From Octopus sinensis (Eukaryota), in assembly GCF_006345805.1 (NCBI RefSeq), contig NW_021833676.1:10597-74596 (forward strand): DNA of 64,000 bases. Reading direction: 5' to 3'. Below, in pieces: positions 40,031-53,390 of the stretch. Position 1 is the first letter of the stretch; every line of letters starts with the position of its first letter. The position numbers and the translations under genes were made by a program. The notes under the pieces were generated by a model that searched no databases, was not told the origin of the DNA, and was given only the letters and a program-made list of their open reading frames with translations.

Positions 40031-41866
40031 ATAATTTAATTTTAAAACCAGTTACGTGACACGAAAATCAGCATAACTAGACAGATTAACCAAATACATT
40101 TTCGATTTATCCTTCGAAGTGAATTTTCCGAGTGTTGTGACACTTTAAATGTATATTTTAGTTTGAAGAGGAAAGACAAGGACCTTGAGATATTTCAATG
40201 CATTCGAGATTGTAGGATGTGAAAGAAGGCTTTATCCTTTAAGAGAAGACATCCTTTTGGTGCTTCAAAAAGTGTGGAATTCACTACAGGTACTTTAAGA
40301 GCAAATGATTTCATTAAACCAGTAGTTGTTTTCAGTATAATATACGAGGACGTGAACGGTCCATAGCCGATGCTATATAAGAAAACAGTTAGCGAATGTG
40401 CGATGAAGTGGAATCGGCCCCGGGACCACATCATTGCAAAGTTACCTTCACTAGAAAATATTTCGCTATTGTGCGCAGCGTATAACTGCAAATTACACAA
40501 GGTTTTAGAAATAAGTTGCAAACAAACTTCGTGGGTGTCACGGTTTAATGGCGCATCGGCAAAGCTATACGGAGTCTTGCTAGCATTTCGTTTTGTTGTC
40601 CTTTTACACTTTGAACAGAACAGTTTGAATTCTGAGCAAAGCGATATTTCATAGAGCAACCATAATTAATTTCCTCTTCTCATTGACGGCGATTTAGTTA
40701 TATTTAGACCTATATTCATCGATAACCGAACACCGTTGAAAGATCGTAATATCATTCCCCAAAATCATTGCTTATCATGCAAACATTCATGTCGAAAATG
40801 ATTAATCTCCAGTCAGATGAGAAATATCATAAAAATGACACATTACATTTTCTTAGTATTATTTTTTTTCATATATATTTATAAGATAACGCTGTTCTTT
40901 TCCATCTTATTAAGTAACAAACTAAATCGAACAGGAATTTCTCTACATCACCTTCCTCCTCTTGCACACTCAATTACGTATTTTAAGCGATATTTATTAG
41001 ACCGTATCAGAATCGAATTCCAGCTCTTAAAAATACTGAATATTATCTTCTACTTTTATAGTTCACGCCTGATAATTATAACCGTTCATATCTCCCCACA
41101 GATGTCTGTGTTTGAAATGAATGGTGAATGCCTGTATGATATTGATCAATTATGCTTGCTTGTAATTTGCTTCTAAACATCGGATCAATTTTGACTGACT
41201 TTCCTATATTACAAATATCGTATATAATTGCATAGATAGTAGTAAATGCGTTCTCTCAATTCCGTTATAAGCTGAGATTTTACAGCAGAGATGGTGCTAT
41301 GTAGTTTTACTGTTTTCCCATTTAACGCCAGGATTGCACGCTAATTTAACAGTTGGTTAGAGTTGTGTGCTGTTAGGTGATTCTTGTGTAAGATATGATA
41401 CAACCATTTCTGATTGAGTTTTTGTAAAACTGGCAGAGGCGGAAGAGCACACTGCTCATGTTATATTACAAGGCCTCCTAGCAGCAAAGAAGGGTGTTAT
41501 TTTATCAACTGAGCATTGGCCTGGATACGGACATCGGAGCGGCTTTTATTATAGTCACCCAAAGATGAGTTGGTACTGTACACATGGGTCTCAGGTCGAG
41601 TTTCCCATCTAATATAGATACATTAACAAAGGTCGACCAACTTACAAAGGGGTTATTGTTCGTTAAGTCACATCCTTTCTAATTTAATAGGATTATGGAT
41701 TAAGATATCCCATTCATGAAAATCTTCTTGTTTTATCGATGTTTTTATACAGAATTATTTATGATGCTTTCAGAAGGTTGTGGTGTGATTTCTGATTGAG
41801 CACCCCTGAAGAGTCTCCGCTCATGGCTTCGTATTAAGTCTAATTTAACAGTTAGTTTCAGATAGG

Positions 41867-41971
<105 letters not shown>

Positions 41972-42011
41972 GTCTGTCATGTGCCTGCCTGCCTGCGCGC
42001 GCGCGTGTGAA

Positions 42012-42887
42012 TCTTTATATATATATAAAACTGAGAATGTGTGTCTGTCTGTCTGTGTGTTTCCCTAAAACTTGATAACTACACAACCAATTTCATTCAA
42101 ATTTTACACCTGCCTTACTTAGGGTCCGGGGAGTGTCGTCGGCAAAAATTTTTTTAACTTTTTGCTTAGGGCGAGCACACAGCAATATCATATCTTCTCC
42201 ACTACGATTACCTGAAACTTGAGAACTACACAACCAATTTCATTCAAATTTTACACATGCCTTACTTAGGGTTTCATGGGCAAAATTACCAGGCGGGTTT
42301 CATGGGCAAAAATAAATGTTCAACATACCAATATCATATCTTCTCCACTATTTCAGTATTACGTGTTAAAAGTGAAACAAAAATATTTCTCTATTTTATG
42401 CCAGATGCTTTCACTTTAGCAATAAAAATAATAATAACAATTGAATTATATATGTAGTAAGTAATAATTAAAATCAAACTAAAGTATAATATAACCGTAA
42501 CTTAAAAATAAGTAAAAATAGTAATTGGTATAAAATTGCATCAATGATTTGTACTTGAATAAGTGGTTTCACATGAATGGGAATAAATTAAATTAAATAA
42601 ATTAAAAATATAATTAGCGTGCAGAAATGGAATAGTCCAGATGGATAATAAAAAATTAAATTAAAGAAAAGTATACAATGTAGAGAAAAAAGAAGAGCTA
42701 ACAATTCCAGTCTGTTATATATTTTGAGTATTGTTATCACTAGCGATATCAAGATATAACTTTGTATTTTGCATTTTATGTGTAGATGTATATATATATA
42801 GATGTACATGTAATATGTACACATATATAAACACATATATACATGCACTAGCACTATGACCCGGCAACGACGGATCTTTAATGCTAG
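42012..42887 (+). mobile_element. Non-autonomous Helitron-type element
   Basis: A|TC start, 5' TATATATATAAAA...(GTCT)n leader and duplicated AACTACACAACCAATTTCATTCAAATTTTACAC motif (~42065 and ~42220). Subterminal CCGGCAACGACGG hairpin remnant and CTAG|T end at 42884-42888. Confidence 0.7.
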
Positions 42888-42984
42888 TATACCTATATAA
42901 ATGTTTCCTCGTTTTCTTATATAAATATATATTATATACTCACACACACACACACGCACGCCCGCATACATACATACATACACA

Positions 42985-43031
<47 letters not shown>

Positions 43032-43086
43032 TTTTCTTTTTATAGTTTCAACTCAGAGCTCAAGCAATGCTGAGGCATTGGCGTGC

Positions 43087-43141
<55 letters not shown>

Positions 43142-44454
43142 TATATTATATATAGATATATAGATATATATATATATATAGATATAATATTATATATATA
43201 TATACATACATATAATATAAATATTATATATATATACAGACACAATTATTAAGTGAAATAAAGTTTTGACATTCATATATCATATCCGAAGTATATGTTC
43301 CTATTATTTGCATTCTGAAAGTGATAAATGTTAAGTGTAACTTAGTTGTAGAGCTGAATGTCATTTTTTATATACAAAATATATTTTAGCCAAATCGGTA
43401 ATTGACATTTAGATGAATGCCGTTCATGTTCTCTTCTCTTGGTTGGTTTAAATGTATGTAAATGTCGTTAGGAGAGTAAACATGGAACAAATTGGATTCT
43501 ATCAATGTTTTCATATACACAGTATGACCATAAAGAATACAAATGTTAATAGAATTATCGCGAAACTAATGTAGAACATCGTTCCCTCTGAGAGTTGGAA
43601 GTTTTTTGTTTTCATAAACATTAATGAGTCTCGATATTCTAACTCGGATTTCGAGAAAATGAATGGCAACTACGTCATAATCATAGATGCACGTGCGCGT
43701 GAGTATACATGTGAATGTGTTTGTGAGTGTGTGAATGTGTTTGTGAGTGTCTGTATTTTTTTGCATGTTCGTAGGAACTGCAGAAACCTACTGAATCCAG
43801 TGATAGATGTGTGAAGTGCAACGATTATAGCTGTGATACATGATCTACTTCGAGTTTCATGGTTGGATTATACAGAAATCTGATAGGCTTGTATAGCGTA
43901 TAGTGCACCACCTAGTAAACGGTCAAACGCACTTTTACACATATATTATGCTATATCACTACGTCCCTTAAATTTACTTAATACATTGCTGCATATACCT
44001 ACAGTGACTTAAGTGATTGTCTCATTAGCTGCATTGAATCTGCTCTCATTTTCTGATCTTAGTATACAAGTTCCGTGGGATTTCTTTGTTTCAAAATTGC
44101 CCTTTTTGATGTAAGTTTCATTCACGTTTTAAACATTGTATCGTGTTCTACTTCACTGGAAAAATGCTGTACGAAAACCTTGCGTGTTTTGCCCTTTTTA
44201 TTGATTGCTCCACATTCATTACACAGTGTGGTATCTCATAGAAAGTTCCAACTGATTTTCCTTTCAAACCAACCGTTTCTGCACGAAAACCCAGCTTCCA
44301 TTTGCTTAGAGATTTGAATAATAAAGATAATTTACTAAAGAAAAACAACCGACCACTTTATGTGGCATAGGTTTCTATACAGCGAAACGTTAATAAGTTT
44401 ACCTACATACTATATTGAAAATAGTAAAGATTACTATTTCTCAAAAATCGCCTC

Positions 44455-44882
44455 ATATGTAGAAGACAAGATGGATAACATGTGCTGTCTAATTGATGTT
44501 GCGTGCTCCTTTGATCGACGAATAGTTAAGAAGGATGTTTATAACATAGACAGGCATATACGATCCCCTTAAATACGAGTTAGTTCGACAATGAGACATG
44601 AAGAAGGCAAAGATAGTGCCGACTATTGTTAGGCAACTGGGATCAGTATCTGAAGGTAAAAAAGAGGAATAGTGTGCCCAGTAGAAATTCGCCAAACGTT
44701 TGCCCCTTTGGAAGACCAGAATAACCAGGAAAATATCGGAGAGTTGAAAAGAAGAGATAGCATGGTAGGACGCAGGCTGGAAGCCCGCTACGCGTGAATG
44801 ACTGCATGTGTTCCAACAAAACCTGAGTTAAAATAGTAATAATATAATAATAATAATAATATAATAATAATAATTAATAATC

Positions 44883-44913
<31 letters not shown>

Positions 44914-44916
44914 TAA
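44455..44916 (+). mobile_element. R4/Dong-clade LINE 3' remnant (restriction-like endonuclease) with (TAA)n tail
   Basis: EDKMDNMCCLIDVACSFDRRIVKK, a frameshift, then YDPLKYELVRQ*DMKKAKIVPTIVRQLGSVS, resembling the RLE motif of R4/Dong elements. It ends in (TAA)n at ~44835-44916. Confidence 0.7.
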
Positions 44917-44989
44917 TACTGTGTTCATGGTAATTGCTTTGCAGTGTTGGCAGCCATGGGGATTTGTTTTCCATATTTGAGGACAGAAA

Positions 44990-46062
44990 GCCTAGAAAGA
45001 AGTGATATACCCACGTATGCGGCCTCTTGGCTTTCTCCCCTCTACTAACACTGACATGTAAGTACCATCCGGGAGATCTATTAGGTAAGGTATTTGGTTA
45101 TAAGGTAGTTGATATAGGTTTTCTTACGTCGCAAGGCCAATTCTATAACTATACCAGACCAGTTTTCTTTCGATGCTTTCTTTACCACCAAGATAATCAC
45201 TAGGTTTTCCGCTATCGCTGCCGAGATGGCCGCAAACGACCAATTGATGGATAGTTCTGGCAGCATGTTCATCACCTTAACTTTACCAAGGCGTTGGCCA
45301 TGATGGCCGAGAATGAAGAATCTTTCATTCCTCAAAGTTTTCGCGGAATGATACTTAGCTTCTTCCGCAGTTCAAAATCTTACTTCATTTGCCTTAAACT
45401 TCATACCTCGGGGACGTAGGTTATCTGTTCCTACACACGACCAAGGCATATTTTGGATTTGGCTATCGGAAGCATTTTCCACCCGTCGCAATTTTATTCC
45501 GATGCAGCGTCATGTAACCGTGCATCTCAAGATATTTTCAATCACGTCGGGTGGAGGGTTTAGGAATGCACTTCTTCAATTTCTTCGTAACAATATCTCT
45601 GTCCATCTTCAATTGTTCTTCGTCTATGGGGAAACTCCACAAACCACTGGAAACAATTGCAGCTGAGGTGGTTGTGGTTTGGATGGCGGTGGTGATGTTC
45701 GCGTCTCTTTTAAACATTTCTGTGTTTATCTTTGGTTCTCTGAATTTCACTTCATTATTATCAGCATTGCTTGCTGTTGACATTGTTGAAGACATTGTTG
45801 AAGACATTGTTGTTATTGTTGGTGTTGTTGCTGTAGTAACTGCTGCAGCTATTGCTACTGTCATCGTCATCGTCGTCGTCGTCGTCGTCGTCATTGTCAC
45901 CAAATGTTTTGTTGTTCAATTAGGGCTTTACAATTTTGACGCTGTTTAGAGACGATAATGTTTTCGCATCGGTGACGTCATTGCTACTTCAACATTCTTT
46001 GTTTTCCCCGACAAGGAACGCGTTCCGTCGTCGAACATTACGATGACTTTTTTTACAACCAT
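44990..46062 (-). pseudogene. Decayed gag/ORF1-like retroelement gene with degenerate zinc knuckle
   Basis: Across frameshifts: MVVKKVIVMFDDGTRSLSGKTKNVEVAMTSPMRKHYRL/SKQRQNCKALIEQQN, a low-complexity T/D/N tract, GLWSFPIDEEQLKMDRDIVTKKLKKCIP/PPPDV...TAEEAKYHSAKTLRNERFFIL...GKVKVMNMLPEL...KENWSGIVIEL...IDLPDGTYMSVLVEGRKPRGRIRG. The end resembles the VEGR.P.C..CG of L1/Tx1-type ORF1. Confidence 0.6.
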
Positions 46063-46348
46063 GTTTCAATAAATATGGAAAGTAGCAAAATATTTGCTTT
46101 TCCATTAGTTGTTGACAATCAAAAAAAAAAATAATAAAATTCGATGTGCAGCCCCTGCAAACGTGTGGGTGTCTCTGATGAAAAATATTATCGGCGCAGT
46201 TCAGACAATATCAGAAAGCAGAGGCTAACTACGGAAATGAAAACACGGGGCCTTAGAAGGCCGAAAGGATTATAAACACTCTTGCTACTCACAGAGGTTC
46301 AAGTTACCGTGTCTGCACAATATGGCGGCCATAATGATAATAATGATA

Positions 46349-46575
46349 ATATTCCTTTCTACTGGTGGCACAAGGCCTCAAGTTTGTGAAAGGTGAGATG
46401 GGGGCAAGTCGATTACATCGACCCCAGTGTTTCGTTTGTGTTTAATTTATCGATCCCGAAAGGATGGAAGGCAAAGTCGACCCCAGGCGGAATTTGAACT
46501 CAGAATATAAAGACAGACGAAATACCATTTAGCATTTTGCCCGCTGTCTTAACAATTCTGCAACCTCGCCGCCTT
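46349..46575 (-). mobile_element. Family C SINE (tandem copy 1)
   Basis: GATCCCGAAAGGATGGAAGGCAAAGTCGACCCCAGGCGGAATTTGAACTC matches 55700-55760. Confidence 0.85.
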
Positions 46576-46714
46576 AAATAATAATAATAATGATAATGAT
46601 AATAATGATAATAATAATAGTAATAATAATAATAATAATGATAATAATAATAATAATAATGATAATAATGATAATAATAATAATAATAATAATGAAGATA
46701 ATATAATAATAATA

Positions 46715-46748
<34 letters not shown>

Positions 46749-46771
46749 CGATGATGATGATGATGATGATG

Positions 46772-46804
<33 letters not shown>

Positions 46805-46838
46805 GTAATAATAATAATAAATAATAATAATAATGATA

Positions 46839-47031
46839 ATATTCCTTTCTACTCGTGGCACAAGGCCTCAAGTTTGTGAAAGGTGAGATGGGGGCCAGTC
46901 GATTAGATCGACCTCAGTACACAACTGGTACTTAATATATCGAACCCGAAAGTAAAGGCAAAGTCGACCTCGGCGGAATTTGAGCGTACAGACGAACTAA
47001 AGGCCGCTAAGCCATGCAAACTCGCCGTCTT
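46839..47031 (-). mobile_element. Family C SINE (tandem copy 2, internally shortened)
   Basis: The first ~60 bp is nearly identical to copy 1 (offset 490 bp). Both copies are followed by (AAT)n(GAT)n(AAT)n. Confidence 0.8.
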
Positions 47032-47045
47032 AAATAATAATAATA

Positions 47046-47150
<105 letters not shown>

Positions 47151-47508
47151 GTAATAATGATAATAATAATGATAATAATAATAATAATAACAATAGCACA
47201 GAATTTGAATTTGTATTAAAAATTTAGACTTGAACTCGTTTCTGATTCTTCATTATCATCCAATAAAGAGAAACTTCTTTTAGCGATTGGGAAGTTTTAT
47301 TTCACATTCCGCCATAAATCAAGCAAAAATATATACGGCTGAAGAAGTGGAAAAGGTGATTCTCCCGTTTGCCTAGGAACAAACAGCTTCCATTGTAAAA
47401 TAGAAAAATTGGCAAAGTTTAGTCTTTACTTTATTATGGCATTAATTGTGTGATCCGAAATTAATCTTTTTGCACTCGAAAATTCAATGTATATTTTTAT
47501 TTGTCGTC

Positions 47509-47629
47509 TTTAGCCCTACGAAACACCGTTTCCTGTTGGACTTGGCACATTTCCTCTGTCCTTATATTTTCAAAGTGGACACAGGAAATGTGTCAAGTCC
47601 AACAGGAAACGGTGTTTCCTAGGGCTAAA
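47509..47629. repeat. ~52-bp-arm palindrome (fold-back)
   Basis: TTAGCCCTACGAAACACCGTTTCCTGTTGGACTTGGCACATTTCCTCTGTCC and its inverse, with 3 mismatches and a ~15-nt loop. Confidence 0.9.
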
Positions 47630-48949
47630 TAACAGTAGCATTCTTCCCTTTCATGGGACTGTCATATTAAGTTGACAACATACTATCACTTTATCGTGCT
47701 GCTACTGCATAAATATCAGTGAGAGATTTAGAAAGGTATTATTTCTATGAAAATTGATGTAAGGTATATAAAGAGATCTTTTTATACCGCAGATGATTCC
47801 CGAGTAATTACAAAAGAAAGCTAAAGTTTCCTCAGCTCTTGCAACCCAGGGATAAGGTTCTGTTATTAAACGAGGCATTGTATTTAGTTTCGTATTCATA
47901 TTGATATTCTATCAGATATATATGCTAAGGGTTTTCGTAAAATTCTATGCTTGTTTTTCTTATGATCCATTGCAAAACCCTATTATTATTTGAGGAAAAA
48001 TTGCCTTCAGAAATATAAGGTTATTAGAAAGTAACGAAAGAAAAGCATAACATTTATGCTACCATTTATCGGAACCTCCAAGAATGGCCTCAGGAATGGA
48101 AATATCCGCCTTATACTGGAGATCTACCCCGCATACTTACAAGGGGAAAGACGTCAGCAAACGTTACACGAAGGCTGCTACATTGGTGCTTTAGAACCGG
48201 GCAACGTATTTCTTACATCGACATTAACATTCTAAAATATATCGTATCTGTTCAACGATCCACCGTAAAAAATCAAAATGTATCTCTCTAACATTATTCG
48301 AAAAAAAAGAAGAAATCATCAAAAAAGGAAACTACCGAGACAAATGTATAAAAGAAAGAAATAAAGAAATTATTATTATTATTCTTTTTCGTTTTCACTT
48401 TGGTCATTATTAATTGAGTAATAGCGTTTATAAATGCAGAGGTTACATAGAAATTAACTTCAATGTTTTAAAAGACATAGACTGCAAATTTAGTTCATGA
48501 ACGCCTGTAATCAATTTACTACACACTACGGCTGTAATCTTCCGCCTCATGAAATTCTCGTTAGATTATTTTGATTTCACGCTTTATTTCTCTCGTACAA
48601 GCTGTTTTATTTTATTATCCATTATACTACATTCTTCCACTCCTTGGTATTGCTTATATACACACACACACGCATACTTATGTACATACATACATACTGG
48701 CATACATAAATGTATACATAGAGACATTTATCCAAATACATATATGTACGTACACACTAAATATATATGAATATATATATACATATATATATGCACGTAT
48801 ATGTGTATATGTATACAAATATATGTATGGATATATATGTACATTTATAATCGTATATACATGCATGTACAAATACATATATATATATATGTGTGTGGTG
48901 TGTGTGCATATATATGTGTATGTACACACACGTTTACATGTTTATATGT

Positions 48950-49413
48950 ATGTATAAATACTCACACACAAACAGACACTCATATATATGTATATATGCA
49001 TATATACACACACATATATATACATACTTATGTTTATATATACGCATACATGTACACTATATCTAAACAAATATATATACACATGTATAATTATACATAC
49101 ATACATAAAAAACATACATACATATATATATATATATATGTAGATATAAACACACACATACATATATATATACACATATATGCATATGAATATATATAGA
49201 CACAGATACACATATACACACACACACATACACACACATATATATACATACATACTTATATTTATATATACGCATACATGTACACTATATCTAAACAAAT
49301 ATATATACACATGTATAATTATACATACATATACATATATACACACATATATGGATATGAATATATATAGACACAGATACACACAAACACACACACACAA
49401 ACACACACACACA

Positions 49414-49420
<7 letters not shown>
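48950..49420. repeat. Tandem duplication (~230 bp period) within a TA/CA-rich tract
   Basis: TATATACGCATACATGTACACTATATCTAAACAAATATATA occurs at ~49037 and ~49265. Confidence 0.75.
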
Positions 49421-49511
<91 letters not shown>

Positions 49512-50174
49512 TTGTATAATTATATACGTACAGGAGTGTGAGTGCGGACGCGTACGTTCGTCCTTTCATGCGTCTTAGCTATGTCTGTGTATGCGTATGC
49601 ATAATCATAGTCATATATTCAACTTGGCACACTGCCTAATATTTTAAGCATTAACTTTTCCCTCATATTATTTTCACTTTGTTAACAACATTACGAATAT
49701 TATTAATGACGATACAAACACCAATACAAATAATAATGTATGTTTAAATGGCCTTATCCGCAGTAAGTCTGACGTAATTGCTTTATTGAATTTGGCTACG
49801 TTCGTCGAAAGTACTTTACATATTATTATCTACCTCTCAATTTATATGAGGGGCGAAAATTCGTCAATTACTCTAATTGAATTAAAAATTAGATAAATAG
49901 CCTTTTCGCGCCGGTATTGAAATAAATTTCTTTACACAGGCAAGATTCTCTTAAAACCAACGAAAATTGAATTAGAATAGCTTCGTCTGTGGTGGGGAGT
50001 TTCAAAGAATAGATGTTATAGTGTTTTTTTTTGTTTGTTTTAAACTGGAATCGATTTATTTCTTGTTTAGGGACATGCTAAATTTAGATAAGTTAATCAA
50101 CAAGCAATGAAACATTTAAGTATATATCTGTACATTGGCGTTGGTTGTCAGCTATAAAAGTACAAAAGTACAAT

Positions 50175-50480
50175 GGCTACCACTGTATTGGTGACGACGA
50201 CGTGAATTCCATCTGAACCGATCAACGGAACAGCGTGCACTTGATCTTAAACTACAAGTGGCTGAGCACTGCGCAGCAGATACGAGTACCCTTAACGTAG
50301 TTCTCAGGGAGATACAGCACAGCAGCGTGCGACAAGACTGGCCCTTTGAAATAGAAGTACCTCTCATTTTTGCTTGCAGAATGGACTGCAGCAAAGTGAA
50401 ATAAACACGCCGATGGTATTCGAACTCACGCCCTTGCGATCGTGAGCTGAATACCCCTAACCACTACGTCTCGCCCCTTC
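50175..50480 (-). mobile_element. tRNA-derived SINE with family B-type tail
   Basis: Minus head GGGCGAGACGTAGTGGTTAGGGG...GAGTTCGAATACC. The tail GGGCCAGTCTTGTC...CTACGTTAAGGGTAC...GTGCTCAGCCACTTG matches 23125-23290. Confidence 0.75.
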
Positions 50481-51118
50481 ACGGTTATTTGCTATGAAAT
50501 AGCATTGATAAAGCACTGACTAAATATGGATACATTTTCATCGACACAAATTAAAAGAATGTCTTTCGAGAAAATAGTGAAGCCGGATCTATCTGGATTG
50601 TCAAGGTATACAGGTACTCCGTCGGTTCGAATGATGAATCTTCCTGTTGATATGAGAATCGTAACCGCCAGTTTGTAAAAACTTAACGTGAGCACACCTC
50701 CGACATGTGGAACTTTGACGTATTTCTCAGGGAACCTCAGCTGACAACAGTAATTTCAGGGAAATATTACTAATTATTTGTAGCTGGTCTACAAATAGGA
50801 ATGAAATAATCGTAAGGGAGATTAAGTGATCAGTGCTTCTTTGTCGGGTAATCGACAAGAGAGATTACTTTAGTTTTAATTCCAGTTTCATTTTTAATTT
50901 CTAAAAACTCGTAAGATGTTGGCTAAAGGTTTTTACAATGTGATCAGCAACGAGACGAAGGCTGTTGCATTTTACAAGAAACCACTAAATTCACATCATT
51001 TCTTAAGACAAAGAAAGGTGCCACTTTGGTGTGTGATCTACAATTTAAAGGGAGATTACTTTTGGTTACCTTTCAGTTTACTTTGTATTAATACTACTTT
51101 CCGTGTTATCTACATCAT

Positions 51119-51340
51119 CATCATCATTATCATCGTTTAACGTCCGCTTTCCATGCTAGCACAGGTTGGATGGTTCGACCGGGTTCTGGGAAGCAAGGAG
51201 GCTGCACCAGGTCCAGTCTGATCTGACAGTGTTTCTACAGCTGGATGCCCTTCCTAACGCCAACCACTCCGTGAGTGTTGTGGGTGCTTTTTACGTGCCA
51301 CCGGCACAGGTGCCAGGGGAGGCTGGCAACGGCCACGATT
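51119..51340 (-). mobile_element. SINE/RTE-tail fragment (family E)
   Basis: Minus carries GTGGTTGGCGTTAGGAAGGGCATCCAGCTGTAGAAAC (V-domain-like motif, from recall) and ends CATGGAAAGCGGACGTTAAAC(GAT)n. Confidence 0.65.
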
Positions 51341-52996
51341 GGTTTACATGCGCAAATTTAATTTGGTGGATGATCTACCTGCTTAATTTAATTATTATAT
51401 GGTTTTATTATTATTAAAATAATAAGCATTTTGAAAAAAATACATTTACAATGCTAAGTGTGTACAAAATAATTTTTAAAGTAACTTAAATTAATCTCCT
51501 TTGTGGATCACATGACAAAGTAGCACCCAATGATCTATCAGAAGGTGTTGGGCGATGCGTGGAATCTTGCTATAACTGACTGTCCTATATTAACTACAAT
51601 AACAATTGTATTTATTTTTAAACAGGGACATTTCTCTGAGACTTGTATGATTCTTATATTTAGAAAAATCTGCTGCATCCAAACATCTTGGAATTTAGAG
51701 TTAGAAATATTAAACAGACATTGTAGAATACATGTGACAATGTAGACTGAAGGGATTCTTCCTACAGTTACATTTTGTATTTACTTATTTCCACAAAGGT
51801 AAACTATTTCTTTTAAAAGACACACTGTGATCAGACGATTTTAAATGGTTTTTCTTAAGCCATATAGGATTAATGCATAGAATAACATTGATATTATTAC
51901 TTTAACAGAACACAGAAAACCGGCTTCTTTTAAGAAAATACTTCCAAACAAGCGTTATCAGCCACAATTTTACAAATCTATAATACAATTGTCACATGGG
52001 AACTAAATAAGATAGATTTTGTTTAGATGAAAATCACACATACGATTCACCAGAATTTGATGAATGTTGATCATCGCGTGATTCTCGCAGAAATGTTTCC
52101 GAGAAATATAAATGTAATTCAATGATGTCTTCATACTTTTTGTTATAATGATATCCATCATTTTTTAAAAAGCAAATCAGCCATTGGACTGCATCTATGC
52201 TAGTAGACCATCTTCAGGGATTTAGTCAAAAAAATCGTCCCACATATTTGTGTTTTTCTTTTCTTAAATTTAGTATTTAAATTCTCGGTCGCTTTTGGCG
52301 AAGCACTCTCTAAGGGAAAATATAAAAAGCAGCAGAGGTTGTCAAGCCATGGTGGGCAGATAAGCACAAAGATACGCACGCATGTGTATATATATACGTA
52401 TATGTATATGCAAAGGGATTTTATTTAATTCTTTCGCAGGAAGGACTTGTTCGACGAGACGTGTTCTGTCCTCACCTTCGAAACACGCTGGAGTTGAACT
52501 AGGGACAGCTGATGAAGGGGATTTTTCCTTGTGTAGTTGTCTTGTACTCTGTTTTTTCGTTGTTAAAAAAATGGTCCGTTCCATGCTGTTTTTACTTTTT
52601 CGTTTCTCGTTGACTTCTACGTCTATTTCTGGTATCCTGTACACACGTATATATATTTATATATGCATGTATATATACATGCAGATGTAGGTACGTACAT
52701 ATATGCTTGTATGTATGCATATATCTTATTTATTACACTATTGTATGACTGAGCGCCTTCGCGTAGATTCGATTCGTTTGGTTTCGTTTCGTTTGTATGT
52801 GTGTGTGTGTGTTTGCATGTATGCCTGTATGTATATATGTATGTAAAATACAGAAAATACAGTTTTGCAACATTCTTTAGATTTAAACCGCAATATATGT
52901 ATTGCCATATCGATTAATACCCATGTATCGATTAATATGTTTCTGTATCGTTTGCACACTGTCATAATTGAGCAATTATATATATATACATATATC

Positions 52997-53075
<79 letters not shown>

Positions 53076-53084
53076 CATACATAT

Positions 53085-53390
53085 AATGAGGATGATGATA
53101 GCGATAATAATAATAATAATAACAATAATAATAATACTAATACTACTACTACTACTAATACTACTACTACTACTACTATTACTACTACTACTACTACTAT
53201 ACTACTACTACTACTACTACTATACTACTACTACTACTATACTACTACTACTACTACTAATAATAATAATAATAATAATAATATATTATACAAGAAGAAG
53301 AAGAAGAAGAAGAAGAAGAAGAAGAAGAAGAAGAAGAAGAAGAAGAAGAAGAAGAAGAAGAAGAAGAAGAAGAAGAAGAAGAAGAAGAAA
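53085..53390. repeat. Compound trinucleotide array (GAT)(AAT)(ACT)(AAT)(AAG)
   Basis: Seen directly. Confidence 0.95.

Noticed and set aside
40195-40659. Overlapping 154-aa and 94-aa ORFs in higher-complexity sequence
   Set aside because: No domain similarity or splice context recognised.
41807-41830. Other CUGANGA hits (2451, 8690, 41807, 46176, 47339; minus 4089, 39018, 54793)
   Set aside because: No stem II followed by GAAA and a UH site at proper spacing.
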